Source: Octopus bimaculoides
Taxonomy: Eukaryota
Reading direction: 5' to 3'
Assembly (NCBI RefSeq): GCF_001194135.2
Contig: NC_068984.1
Location: 93,519,383-93,583,382 of the forward strand
Length of the DNA stretch: 64,000 nucleotides
Shown: piece after piece, positions 26,370-38,300 of the stretch
How the letters are laid out: each line of letters opens with the position of its first letter
Position numbering within the stretch: position 1 is the stretch's first letter
Notes under the pieces: model-generated
The model's database searches: none
Seen by the model: only the letters and a program-made list of their open reading frames with translations
What the model was told of the DNA's origin: nothing
Position numbers and translations under genes: made by a program

Positions 26370-26585
26370 CCCTTTAGCATTCAGATTACTCTGTCAAATG
26401 CAATGCTTATTTATTCACATTGTTTAAAATTAATCATGCATTATCTCATTGCTTCAAGACTTCAATGATGTGATTGTTTGTTTTTAGAATGACATTGTAG
26501 GGAATGTGAGAGAGGTTGGTTTTGGCCAGTTTGAATATAAAACAAAATATTTTTGCCAGATATGGCTAGTTTAAATGCTAAAGGG
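26370..26585. mobile_element. piggyBac-type MITE
   Basis: TTAA TSDs; TIRs ccctttagcatt / aatgctaaaggg. Confidence 0.9.
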
Positions 26586-26743
26586 TTAAATATCTATAAT
26601 CATTCACCAATGAAATAGCAAGTGGTTTCAAAACAAATTTGACTTAGCCAGTAACAGTAGTTAACAGTTATTTTAGATACAAGCACAAATACAGAATATT
26701 TTTTAATTAAGTGAATCAGAGAGATAATGAAATGTATACAAAC

Positions 26744-26843
26744 CATTAGTAAAACAGCAGTGGAACAGTTCACTAAGAAGATAATACTGAGTTTCATTTA
26801 TTTTAAACATCAGTAGATATGTGTGGGTCAAAGTAAAAAGGTG
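26744..26843 (-). CDS. NCAPG2: Host gene exon D (100 nt, phase 0-1)
   Basis: Strong acceptor cttttgttttttcag| and weaker donor |gtttgt. Encodes HLFTLTHTYLLMFKINETQYYLLSELFHCCFTN and supplies the 0-to-1 phase shift needed between exons C and E. Confidence 0.55.
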
Positions 26844-27571
26844 CTGAAAAAACAAAAGTGATCCAATGAAGTTCCAAATAAAACTAAGGTCATTGTTATC
26901 ATCACCATCACTAATGTAGTAATGAAATTTAAATGAGTATTCTTACTTAAATTTGAACATGTTTATATGGGTGTTCATGGACATGTTAATAAAAAGTTGA
27001 TATCAATTATACTGGATTTGAAAAAATCAGGTCTAACAAGATCAAGATGTATAATAATAACCAGGCACGGGCTGTATAGCCTATGCAATATATTTTAAGA
27101 TGGAAAAGTAGATGTTAAGCTACAATAATTTACAGCATAAATTATGTGGTTTTTTTAATATCCTTTTAGGTATCACTCCTACATCTATTTTATTTTTTAT
27201 AAAATTCAACCTACTTTAACCATTTTATTGCAAAGCTGCCTAAAACAACCCTCTCAAATCCATCCAAGATAACTGGTTCATATTTAAATGAGAATTTTAG
27301 TGCACATCTCAATAGTAGATTTGTGAAAACGACTGATTTTACTCTGAAAAAATTTAAGTTACAGTGTCTGACATTATTTGATGTGATATCTGAGATCTGT
27401 GAATTTTGGAGGAGTTTTTTTTCCACAACAATTTTCTGAAATGTTTTACTATGGGCAAAAATTGGATACCAGTTTCATATCATCAATCTGAATTCTGAAT
27501 GATTTTTCAAAAGAAAACCTGGAAAAATCTAAAATGTATATGGTGAACATAAAAGATACGTGTGTGATTAA

Positions 27572-28098
27572 GAATTGGATTATTTACATTTGATGGATAT
27601 TTGTCTTCATCTTGTTTGATGTTAACACAACGTTTCAACTAATATACCCTCCAGCCTTCACCAGGTGTCTTGGGAAAATTTTGAACCTGGGTTCTCATTC
27701 CTATTTTTCGATATTATCATTATTATTATTATTAATCAGGTCAATGCCCGGAATCAAACTCGGAATCTTGGGTTTAGTAGCTCACGCTCTTAACCACTAC
27801 ACCATATGCCTGTAGGCAATTATGGAGTGAATTTTAGGGCATATAAATCTAATATTTTCCTATCCTTCCTTAATACCGGATCCCATATGCTACTCATATC
27901 TGCACTCAGTCTGCTTAGGAGGTTGTTGTGTCCTAGTATATGTGCTGCTCTTCTTTTAGTTTTCATATTTTCCAGTGGTGTTCTCTGTTTATTATTTTAA
28001 CTTCATCCCACAGGATGGTACATCAGCCGAAATGTTGTGTTAACAACAAACAAGATGAGGACAAATATTCGTCAAATGTAAATAATGTACACAATTCT
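27572..28098 (-). mobile_element. 5'-truncated Penelope-like element with inverted terminal copy
   Basis: GIY-YIG C-terminal remnant WDEVKIINREHHWKI*KLKE..AAHILGHNNLLSRLSADMSSIWDPVL (about 28008-27822). It is followed by a tRNA-like segment, an AAT-rich run and a hammerhead-type motif. The terminal ~75 bp recur inverted at 28013-28086. Confidence 0.75.
27624..27669 (-). ncRNA. Minimal type I hammerhead ribozyme motif (mutated core)
   Basis: GACAC-CUGGUGA-A-GGCUG(loop)UAGUU-GAAACGUU^GUGUU, with a 5-bp stem I. The inverted copy retains CAGCC, giving a perfect stem II in the consensus. Confidence 0.65.
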
Positions 28099-28109
28099 TC
28101 ATCTCTTAA

Positions 28110-28400
28110 ATATAGAACTGTATGAATTGGATATTTTGATTTCTAAAAATGAAACAAGTGATTCTGACAACTCTGATAGCAATGAAGACAATGAATTTGT
28201 ATCTGAATGGAATAACCATTTCAAAACTGTTTTTCTTAATGATTTTCTTAGAAGAGACTGGGCCTATCTACAGTCTTTCTAAGACAATAAAATCATTAGT
28301 TTATTTATTATTCTTTTTCCTCTTAAGTTTGTTTGAAGCGATCACTGCACAAACTAATTGTTACACAGAATATAAACAAAGAACAAACCTGAGCATTTTT
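28110..28400 (+). mobile_element. Decayed piggyBac transposase N-terminal fragment
   Basis: An acidic SDSDNSDSNEDNEF stretch followed by FLEETGP...LFF.LSLFEAITAQTNCY. Confidence 0.5.
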
Positions 28401-28507
28401 TTGCTATCAAGATTATTATAATAAAGCTATCCAGAATTACAAACTGATAAATAATCCAGTAATGCGTGCAATTCTATATTAAAATTTTGTGGTATACTCA
28501 ATTGAAT

Positions 28508-28885
28508 CTTTTACTTGTTTCAGTAATTTGACTCCAGCCATACTGGGACACTGGTTTAGAGGGTTTTCATCAAACAAATTGACTCTAGAACTTATTATCT
28601 TATGAAGCCTAATACCTATTCATCAGTCTCTTTTGCCAAACTAAGTTACAGAGAAATAAACTACAACTGGTTGTCAAGTGGTGGTGGAGGACAAACACAC
28701 ACATATATATATACATACACACAATGGGCTTCTTTCAGTTTCTGTCTGCGAAATCCACCCACAAGGCTTTGATCAGCACATGGCTATAGCAGATGACACT
28801 TGCCAAAGGTGCCACGCAGTGGAACTGAACTCGGAACCATGTGGTTGAGAAGAAAGTTTCTAACCATACAGCCACACCTGAGCCT
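28508..28885 (-). mobile_element. tRNA-derived SINE
   Basis: Colinear with 22149-22526 and 31836-32182. Confidence 0.88.
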
Positions 28886-29039
28886 GAATATTAGCTAATG
28901 ACTCATTTTCTCTGATAATATTGAACAGAATTTAAATAATTTTATATTTTGTTGAATTTGTCTCAATTTATCCACTTTGGGACAAAAATAATGCAACAAC
29001 ATACATCAACATGCCTCCATTTAAGCATCTCAACAACCT

Positions 29040-31833
29040 TAATAGGTCTAATGAGATTGTAGAGATGCTTGAACAGAGGCATGTTGATGTATGTTGCATT
29101 CAAGAAGTAAAGTGGAGAGGAAGCTTCAGCCAGGTTCCTCACAGACAACACACATAGGTATAATATTTTCTGGGAAGGAAACAGCAATGGGTTAGGTGAT
29201 GTGGGCATACTTCTTGCAGAGAAATGAGTGGATAGGGTGATGGAGGTAGTTAGAGTGTGCGATAGAGTACTTAAGCTCAGGCTAGTTTTGTAGAATAGTA
29301 TAGCAACAATTATTTCTGCCTATGCACCCCCAAATGGGCCTACCAAATGAACAAAAGTACTGCTTTTTTATGATATTCTTCTGCAGGCTACCTCAAAGAT
29401 GAGTGACAATGATCTCATTTTCATGGATGTGGATTTCAATGAGCATGTCAGGCAGCAGCCTGGTATAATCCATGGTGTACATGGGGTCCATGGAAATGAA
29501 GAGGGAACAAGGCTACTGGAGTTCTATGATGATAATAACTTATTCATCTGCAACACCAACTTCAGGAAGCCAGCCAGATTGATTACATTCTCACCAGAGA
29601 GTAGGATGCATGGTTGCTCTGAAATACAAGGACCTTCCTTGGTGAAGAATGCACCCCCAGGCATAGAGTAGTCATTGGTGACTTTAGGCTCTAGGCTAGA
29701 AGGATACCAAGAAGCAAACCAATCTGGAAAAGAAGGATTTGGAAGCTCAAGGACCACTCATATGATCATAGATCCAGGGACATCCTAATTGAGAAATTTG
29801 AGGAATTTGATGAGGAGGAACTATAGACTTGTAACATAGAAAGCAACTGGGAATTCCTGCAGGACTGCTTGCTGAGTGCCACAGACCAAATCTGTGGATG
29901 GTGCAAAGCCCCATCCAGACTTAGCGTGGTGGTGGAACGATGCTGTAGACAAGGCCATTAGAGCAAAGAAACAGGCCTGGAAGAATTGGGGTAGGAGGGA
30001 ACTGTATCAGATAGCGAGAAGGGAAGCTAGGAGACAGATATATCTAGCTAGGAGAGAAGCAGAAAAGAAGTTTGCTTATGTTCAGTGACTTGAGGACCAA
30101 AGACTTGAAGTGTTTTGGATTGCAAGACAGTGTGTGAAAGAAAATTATGTGCAGGAGACAAATGTGTCCTCATGGATGATGGTGCACTTGCATTTAATGA
30201 TTCTGCAAAGAGGCTTGGAAATGCCATTCTGAAAGACTGTTAATCTAGAGATAGATGAGTGGTTGGTAAGAGCTGTACAAGACATGTACAGGGATGTTGT
30301 CAGTAAGCTGAGGGTTGGCAACAAGTACAGTGAAAAATTTAGGGTAGAAGTAGGGGTTCACCAAGGATCAGTCTTGCCCTCTTCATCATAGTCCTCCAGG
30401 CAATAAAAGAGGAATTCAAGACAGGCTGCCCCTGGGACCTCCTCTATTCTGGTGACATTGTTCTTATAGCTGAACCACTACCAGAACTTGGGAAGAAGTT
30501 TCAGGTATGGAAGCAAAGTCTAGAATCAAAGAGCCTTAGAGTCAATCTAACAAAAACCAAAGTCTTAGTAAGTAGGAAGGCAGACAAATCACAAATCCCT
30601 TTAGGTAGATGGCCCTGCTCGATCTGTAGAAAAGGCATAGGTAGAAACTCCATAAGATGTACCTGGTGTAAGCTATGGACACATAAGATGTACAGCAATA
30701 TCAGAGGAAGGTTAATAGGGAAAATAGCTTTCATGTGTGAAAATGTACAGGTATAATAAACACGGAAAATGTGCAGAAAATAGACTCCATCAACTGCCAG
30801 CAGGGTAAACTAGAGGTAGTAGATAGCTTCTGTTATCTGGGTGACCAAGTTAGAAGTGGAGGTGGATGCTCCAAGAACATAGCTCTAAGAATAAGAATAG
30901 ACTGGGCAAAGTTCAGAGAGCTCCTACTTCTGCTGGAAACAAGAGGCCTCTCCTTCAGAATGAAAGGCAGATTGTATGATGCTTGTGTGCAAACTGCTAT
31001 GCTACATGGCAGTGAAACATGGGCTGTGACAGCTGAGGACATGCATAGGCTTGAAAGAAATTAAGCCAGTATGCTTTGCTGGTTGTGCAATGTCAGTGTG
31101 CATATATGACAGAGTGTATGCATCTTCACGGAAATGTTGGGCATAAGAGGCATCAGATATGGTGTGCAAGAGAGGCAACTGTGCTGGTATGGTCATGTGA
31201 TGCATATGGACGAGGATAGCTGTGTAAAAATGTGCCAATCTCTAACTGTGGAGGAAACCTGTGGTAGAGGTAGATCCAGGAAGACATGGAACGAGGTGAT
31301 GAAGCATGACCTTTGGACTCACGAAGTCAATGACTAGTGACCAAGACCTTTGGCAACATGATGTGTTTGAGAAGACCCATCAAGCCAATTGAAATTGGTA
31401 GTCTTGGGCAATGTTGGTGTCATATAACTGGCACCTGTGCTAGTGGCACATAAAATGCACCTTTTGAACATTGGGCTTCATGGATGCAAGATGACCAATG
31501 CCAGTGGCACATGAAAAGCGCACCTTGCAAGTATTGGGCCTCATGGGGGCAATGCCGAATGAGTAAGACCTTTGGCATTATGCCATGCTTGAGAAGACTC
31601 ATCAAACCAAATAAAATCACAATCATAGCAGATACTGGTGTCACACAAATGGCACCCATGCCAGTGGCATGTAAAAGTACTAATTACACTCTCAGAGTGG
31701 TTAGTGTTAGGAAGGGCATACAACCATAGAAACCATGCCAAATCAGCAAGTGCAGCCTTCCGGCTTGTCAGCCCTGGTCTAACCGTCCAACTATTGCCAG
31801 TATAGACAACGGATGTTAGATGATGATGATGAT
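29040..31833 (+). mobile_element. RTE LINE copy with internal deletion
   Basis: EN start (EIVEMLEQRHVDVCCIQEV). A deletion near 30240 joins the linker to mid-RT. PHD-like finger near 30610-30750, modular 3' UTR and (GAT)n tail. Confidence 0.9.
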
Positions 31834-31835
31834 TT

Positions 31836-32182
31836 ACTCTTTTACTTGTTTCAGTCATTTGACTGCAGCCATGCTGGAGCACTGCCTTTTAGTCGAGCAA
31901 ATCGACCCCAGGACTTATTCCTTGTAAGCCTAGTACTTATTCTATCAGTTTCTTTTGCTGAACCGCTAAGTTACAGGGACATAAACACACCACCATCGGT
32001 TGTCAAGTGGTGTTATATATACGACGGGCTTCTTTCAGTTTCGGTCTACCAAATCCACTCACAAGGCTTTGGTCGGCCTGAGGCTCTAGTAGAAGACACT
32101 TGCCCAAGGTGCCACGCAGTAGGACTGAACCCAGAACCATGTGGTTGGTAAGCAAGCTACTTACCACACAGCCACTCGTGTC
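31836..32182 (-). mobile_element. tRNA-derived SINE (well preserved)
   Basis: Minus-strand head gagtggctgtgtggtaagtagcttgcttaccaaccacatggttctgggttcagtcc; abuts the RTE tail. Confidence 0.9.
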
Positions 32183-32607
32183 CCAAAAATCACATTAATA
32201 TGTTGTTAAATAAAAAAGTTGCAGTTGTTTTATGAAGCCAGTTTTTATGTTTTAAAGAAACATAATCCAGTTATGCTAAAACTATCGAATTAAAACATTG
32301 ATTACTTCCAATGATTGTTTTTCTGAAAGTTTTCTAAACGAAAACTGCAAGTATTAAACATTAAGCAGAATGTAGAAAAGAAAAAAAATGATCATTTTAT
32401 ATGGATTCCAATTTGCCAGTTCAAAAACTGCATTTTCTGTCATAAATGGGCATTTGAAAAGTGTTAATTACTGGAGCATAAACAAGCACTTTGGTGAACC
32501 CCATATGTCCTGTGTGATGCTTATTGGAACATGTCTTATTGAAAATGTCAGTTTTTCATATAAATGATACAAAAATTCAGTAGTATGTAAGAATACAACT
32601 TACTTAA

Positions 32608-32724
32608 CCCTTTGAGCCCTGGTCTCCCGAACCTTATTTTACCATATACCTGGCACTCCACCAGTGCCACGGTATAGAGGAAAACAAGCCATCCACAGGT
32701 AAACTGGTGTTTGGGCTCAAAGGG
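32608..32724. mobile_element. Small piggyBac-type MITE
   Basis: ttaa-ccctttgagccc ... gggctcaaaggg-ctaa (12-bp perfect TIR). Confidence 0.8.
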
Positions 32725-33083
32725 CTAAAATATAACCCCTCATGTACTTTATACAGCGATCTTGCAATCAGTATTGTAACTCAGAAAATGAGTCCTTAGT
32801 GATTGAAAATTACAAAACAAGTGAAATAATCCAACAGATAATTTGCATGTGGTTACATAAGGACACAAGTGGGAAATTAGTTTTCATTACGCATATGCAT
32901 AGTGGTCACATGACAGCATACCATGGATGACAACAATCAGAAAAAGAGTCTATTGAAAAAGTTTTCCAGCATGTATTTAATTTTCAACACTAATAATCTA
33001 AAAATAATTTCAAATGAGTAGAGGATGAATTTATGAATTTTGTAAGATAGTATCTAATAAGTTAGGTTTTTCTTTATTTATTA

Positions 33084-34524
33084 CTAGCAGCTAAGCCTGG
33101 TTTCACCCGGTCTGTTTGGATGATGTGGCCATGATCTTTTTCAGTTATGCATAATCTATAACAGCGTTTCTCAACCTTATCATATCGGGTCCCCTGTTTC
33201 AATTGAGGCCTCCAGCTGTATGAAAATTTCTTGACTCCCCCCTCCTTGTCAGAAAACAGCTTCAGGAGTTGTGAAGAACAAATTTATATGTTGTCTGTTT
33301 CTGAGAGCTATTCTATTGGACCTCTCTCTAACCATTAAAACATTGATTTAATTATGAACATAGAAAGAAATTATACATTAATCCCTATTTTTGTTAGCAG
33401 TTGTATCCGTAAAAATGTTATTTGCAGAGAGCAGAAATTGAAAGAAGATATATGAAATGGACATGTGTGCGTGTGTGCATGCGTGCTCGCACGTGTGTAT
33501 GTAAGAGAGAAAGGGGGTGAGAAAGAGAGATAGAGTGAGTGAGTAAAGGTGTATGTCATGATGATTGACATCTTTTAAGGTACACACACATACATAGAAA
33601 ATGTCATTGTATAAAATTTTTAGGATAGTTGATTTATGGAAAAGATTGTGTTTAATTTTTGAAATGCAAATATGTGAATGAAAATTAAGATCAGACCTCT
33701 ACATGGTAGCTAGACCTGGTAGAAATAGCAGCCAAATCTCCCTCAAAACACCCTACTGTCTTAATCTGTCAATTCTGCCTATTATGTAGTTTGAAAACTC
33801 CTGAAGAACGAATTTGTACGTAGTCTGTTTGTGAGAGCTATTTATTGGACCTCTGTCTAATCATGAAAACATTGATTTAATTATGAACATAGAAAGAAAT
33901 TATATATTAATCCCTATTTTTGTAAGCAGTTGTATCCATAAAAATTTTATTTGCAGAGAGCAAAAATTGAAAGAAGATATATGAAATGGACGCGCGCGGG
34001 CGTGCGTGCGNNNNNNNNNNNNNNNNNNNNNNNNNNNNNNNNNNGAGGTGGTTTGTGTTTATCTTTCGAGTCGAATTGTTAATTTGTCTGTAATAGCAAT
34101 GCCCAGACAAGTCCTTCTCCGGTAAGTTGAAGAAACAATAAGAATATTTTAATAAGTTTTAGCTTCAGTTTATATTTTATATGTTACCAGACAATGTTTT
34201 TATAGTTAATGTACATATGTGAGATAGTTTCACTTTAATAGTTTTAGTATTAAAGAGAAACTATTAAAGTGAAACTGTCTGACATTAGAATAGAGAGATG
34301 TTATTGTTTCACTTTTGACACGTACTACTGCAATAGTGGAGATGTAATATTGCACTGGGCTCGCACTAGGCAAGAAGTTAAAAATTTTTTTGGCCTATAA
34401 CATTACCTGGACTGTAAGTAAGGCATGTGTAAAATTTGAATGAAATTGGTTGTGTAGTTCTCAAGTTTTAGGGATTCACACAGACAGACTCACAGACACA
34501 CATTCTCATCTTTATCTATATAGA
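33084..34524 (-). mobile_element. Non-autonomous Helitron
   Basis: On the minus strand: A|TCTATA 5' end, ccgggtgaaaccagg hairpin 8 nt before CTAG|T. Internal ~200-bp direct duplication (33281-33480 / 33811-34010). Confidence 0.82.
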
Positions 34525-34809
34525 TACTCTGCTATGTCACATGAAAAAAAAACTGTTCAGTTTCCCTGGTTACAGAATTGCTTCCATTTGCAATATTTTC
34601 TCAAATTCAGATTTTGATATGTTGTGTTGAAGTGTTCATACATTGGCTTGATCAAGAGACAAATAACAAAATAAATGATAATTTTCTGATGATTATATAG
34701 GTATTATAATAAGTTTTAAAATACAAAGAACTGTAGAAATGTAATGTTTTGACTTTACTGGGTTTCTCGAACACATTCACATGTGTGCATGTACATAAAA
34801 ATAGTGGTC

Positions 34810-35670
34810 ACATGACAGCATACCACACATGGGAACAATCAGAGAAGAGAATGTAAGGTATCAAGGTACAATACACCAAACTGCTCAGGGATAATAACCC
34901 TGGATGCACCACTGATATCACGCTGAAGGGTGTCAAACAAGGAGATACCATCTCTCCAAAGCACCTCACTGCATGTCTAAAATTGGTCATCAGAGACATT
35001 TACAGAACAGGTGGTGTGAACATCACCAACAAGTTACTAATACACCTCCAATTTGCAGACAACATCGTACTCATCACCAAAACCATAGATCTGCTGCAGA
35101 CAATGCTGACAGAGCAGAACCCATAGCTCAGCAGCAGGCCTTTAAATTGTGTGAAAACAAAATACATGCAGTCTGGAAACCTATCACGCAACTGAATAAT
35201 TTTGGAATAGAGGTATGAAATTGAGAAGGTAAAGGAGTACATATTCTTAGGGCAAACAGTGAATATGCACTGCGACATGGATGCTGAAATCTCAACAAGA
35301 ATAACGAAGACATTTAGCCTAATAAAGGATGTGTCCAAAGCAAAGCTGAAGAAGACCAGATATACCAGACTCTACAATAGTACCATCCTTCACTCTTACA
35401 CATAAGTGAGATGTGGGCTATTACAAACAGGAAGGAACATCACGTGGCTATGGTACAAAAGGCTATGGAAAGATCTATGCTACGAATATCATTATGAGGG
35501 CATATCCAAAATGAGATAATTTTGAAAACAATGTGGAGTGAACAACATGATTGCAAAATATCAAAAGCACAAGTTCCACTGGGCCAGACATGTTACAAGA
35601 TTCACAGACAACAGGTGGATCCATGCAGTTGCTGAGTGGAAAAGGCCACTTAGATAGCCTCCATGATAAT
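34810..35670 (+). mobile_element. RTE-clade LINE RT 3' fragment (third family)
   Basis: Remnants GVKQGDTISPK, QFADNIVL, EKVKEYIFLGQ and a WAGHV-like (ctgggccagacatgtt) motif. Confidence 0.75.
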
Positions 35671-35685
35671 GACAATATTGTTTAA

Positions 35686-36697
35686 CCCTTTTGTTACTAA
35701 CCCGGCCGTAAAATTTTTTGGTTCATAAGACCAACCCGGCCATAGCCGGCCGAGAGTACTCATTGTTATTTAAATGTATATTTGAACCCAAATCTCATTA
35801 GTACATTCGTTAAAACACCTGATTTCACTTTGCAAACAGTTGAGTTATTGTCTCCGACATTGTTTGGTGTGATATTTGAACTCAGTGAATTTTGGAAGAT
35901 TTTTCTCCACATTTTTTTGCGGCGTTAATTTTTTTCAACTTTGAAGATGGAGAGGAGTTTCATGCTATCAAGCAGTGATTCTGAATTTGAAGGTTTTTCA
36001 ACAGAAGATATGGAGATATCGAAGAAAAGAATGAATGAGCTACAAAAGCACGTGGTGAACGATAATGAATCAGATATTTCTGTATCTNNNNNNNNNNNNN
36101 NNNNNNNNNNNNNNNNNNNNNNNNNNNNNNNNNNNNNNNNNNNNNNNNNNNNNNNNNNNNNNNNNNNNNNNNNNNNNNNNNNNNNNNNNNNNNNNNNNNN
36201 NNNNNNNNNNNNNNNNNNNNNNNNNNNNNNNNNNNNNNNNNNNNNNNNNNNNNNNNNNNNNNNNNNNNNNNNNNNNNNNNNNNNNNNNNNNNNNNNNNNN
36301 NNNNNNNNNNNNNNNNNNNNNNNNNNNNNNNNNNNNNNNNNNNNNNNNNNNGTTTCCTGCAACTGTAGATGAAATACGGGCATTTTTTGCCATAAATATT
36401 ACTATGGGTATTAGACAGTTACCCAGAATAACAAATTACTGGAGCAATCAGGAACCTTTTGGCGATGAATATATTTTCAGTATTATGAACGAGTACAATT
36501 CGTGAAGCTGAACCAATATTTACATGTGAGAGACACTAGCAGTACCCCAGTACGTGGAGAACTTTGAGACAAAAATTATGCAATAGAATTGATTAAGAAC
36601 CCTGTTTAGTGAGACTAGTCTAAATTCATGATTATTTTAGAATTTAATTGAAACTCATGAGGGGTGTATTTTGGTCAGAAATATAGTAACGAAAGGG
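35686..36697 (+). mobile_element. Internally deleted piggyBac transposon
   Basis: TTAA TSDs; TIR cccttttgttacta vs reverse complement ccctttcgttacta. Transposase N-terminus (SSSDSEFEGF; TVDEIRAFFAINITMGIRQLPRITNYWS); spans an N gap. Confidence 0.88.
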
Positions 36698-37074
36698 TTA
36701 ATGATTTAGGTCAAGATGGAAAAGAATGACACAATCAGGAAAGAATTAGAAACGTATTTTGACCAGTGATGTATAACATCTAATGGCTGGTTGGTTGGTT
36801 GGTAGGTAGGTAAGTAGATAGATGTATGTATGTTTGTGTGTGTATACATACACACACGCACAATAACAAAAAGTAGTAAGGTATGAATGAAGGTAGAGGA
36901 GGTATTTTGTATGGTATGATAGAAAGGTACAGTAAATAGCAGAAAAAAACTGAGAGATGAGAGAGCACCAAATAGGCAAGAGAGATGGTAACTTAGCATA
37001 TACAAGTGGTTAAAGACCAAGGCATAGATATATAACAGGAGTGGCCAAGTTGTTTGATAAAAAGAGTTGCCTAT

Positions 37075-37200
37075 GTATTTTTTTGCTTGGTTTCTATGTC
37101 TGGATATGCTTTCAAATGCCAACCACTTTACAGAGTGTATTGGGTGCATTTTTTGAGACACCAATACTAGTCAGGTCAGAGATCTCATCACAGGCTAATG
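37075..37200 (-). mobile_element. Isolated RTE 3'-tail remnant
   Basis: ctggatatgctttcaaatgccaaccactttacagagtgtattgggtgc is the reverse complement of the family tail motif. Confidence 0.6.
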
Positions 37201-37960
37201 TGACCTGCTACTGGAACCATGTAAACTGGGATTACTTGTTCTATGGTTGAGTGGTCAGCAACTAAACAAGTCTCCCACTTGATTAGCATGCTACTCTCAT
37301 GAGAAAGGTGTTTGGACACCCAGCAGGATTAAGAACACCTGTTGAGGAACAGATAAGCTCTTTGTGAGCCAGAGGCCATCCAATTGGGATGTAATTGCAA
37401 ATCACCCCCAGAAAACACTATGAGAAAGTCAGAACAAAGTAACACTATGGTTCCATCCAACAGGAGAAGTTGTGTTTAATCAAATGGACTTTTGGTGTAG
37501 TGTCATCATTACACTGCAGAAAGCATAAAATACATGACAATGACGAGTACTAGAGAGGATGAGCATGAGAGAGTGATGGATAGCAAGAGGTGGATATATG
37601 ATGAGTGAATGATGAATGTCAATACCAAACAACCCATGAGGAGTATAGGTAGAATGTAGGGAAAATAAACAGCTCTGAAAAAGTTCCTTAAGTATATACC
37701 TCAAGATTATGAGAGAGCTAGAGTAATATGGATGAGAGAGGGATGGATGGAGTGTTCAAGAGAAGGTCAGATAGGCATCTCTAGTTATACTAGAAGGAAT
37801 GTACAGTGAGATGAAGGTACAATGAGGGTGAGAAGAGGAGAATGGTTGAGAGATAAGCAATTGGGGCATAAGCACCAGAGGTATGAGTAATAAAAGGGTA
37901 ACAGCAACATGGTTGACAGACAGGTAGATGACAAGAGACAAACAAATGTGTTAGAGGGAT

Positions 37961-38300
37961 GAAGGCACATGGCTCAGTGGTTAGAGCATTGGGCTCACAA
38001 TCATGAGGTAGTTCATTTAATTCTTGGATCAGGCTGTGTGTTGTGATCTTGAGCAAGATACTTTATTTCACATTGCTCCAGTTCACTCAGCTATAGAAAT
38101 GAGTTGCAATGTCACTGGTGCCAAGCTATATCAGCATTTGCCTTCCCCTTGGATAACATTGGTGGTAAAGAGAGGGAAGGCTGGTATGCATGGGCAACTG
38201 CTGGTCTTCCATAAACAAGCTTACCCAGACTTGTGCCTCAGAGGGTAACTTTCTATGTGCAAACCCATGGTCATTCATGACCGAAGGGGGTCTTTACCCC
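37961..38300 (+). mobile_element. tRNA-derived SINE (third family)
   Basis: Head ggcacatggctcagtggttagagc (A box), a ttgagcaag core and a defined 3' end gggggtctttacccc. Confidence 0.75.

Noticed and set aside
27746-27810. Possible functional tRNA gene (also the SINE heads at about 22500, 28870, 32170 and 37965)
   Set aside because: A/B boxes are present, but there is no complete cloverleaf or acceptor stem; these are tRNA-derived repeat segments.
37480-37720. Possible Penelope GIY-YIG C-terminal remnant (STYTPHGL), and a similar weak hit at 54770-54880 (RSELISKCPHQN)
   Set aside because: Only a few matching residues each; too little to annotate without a profile search.
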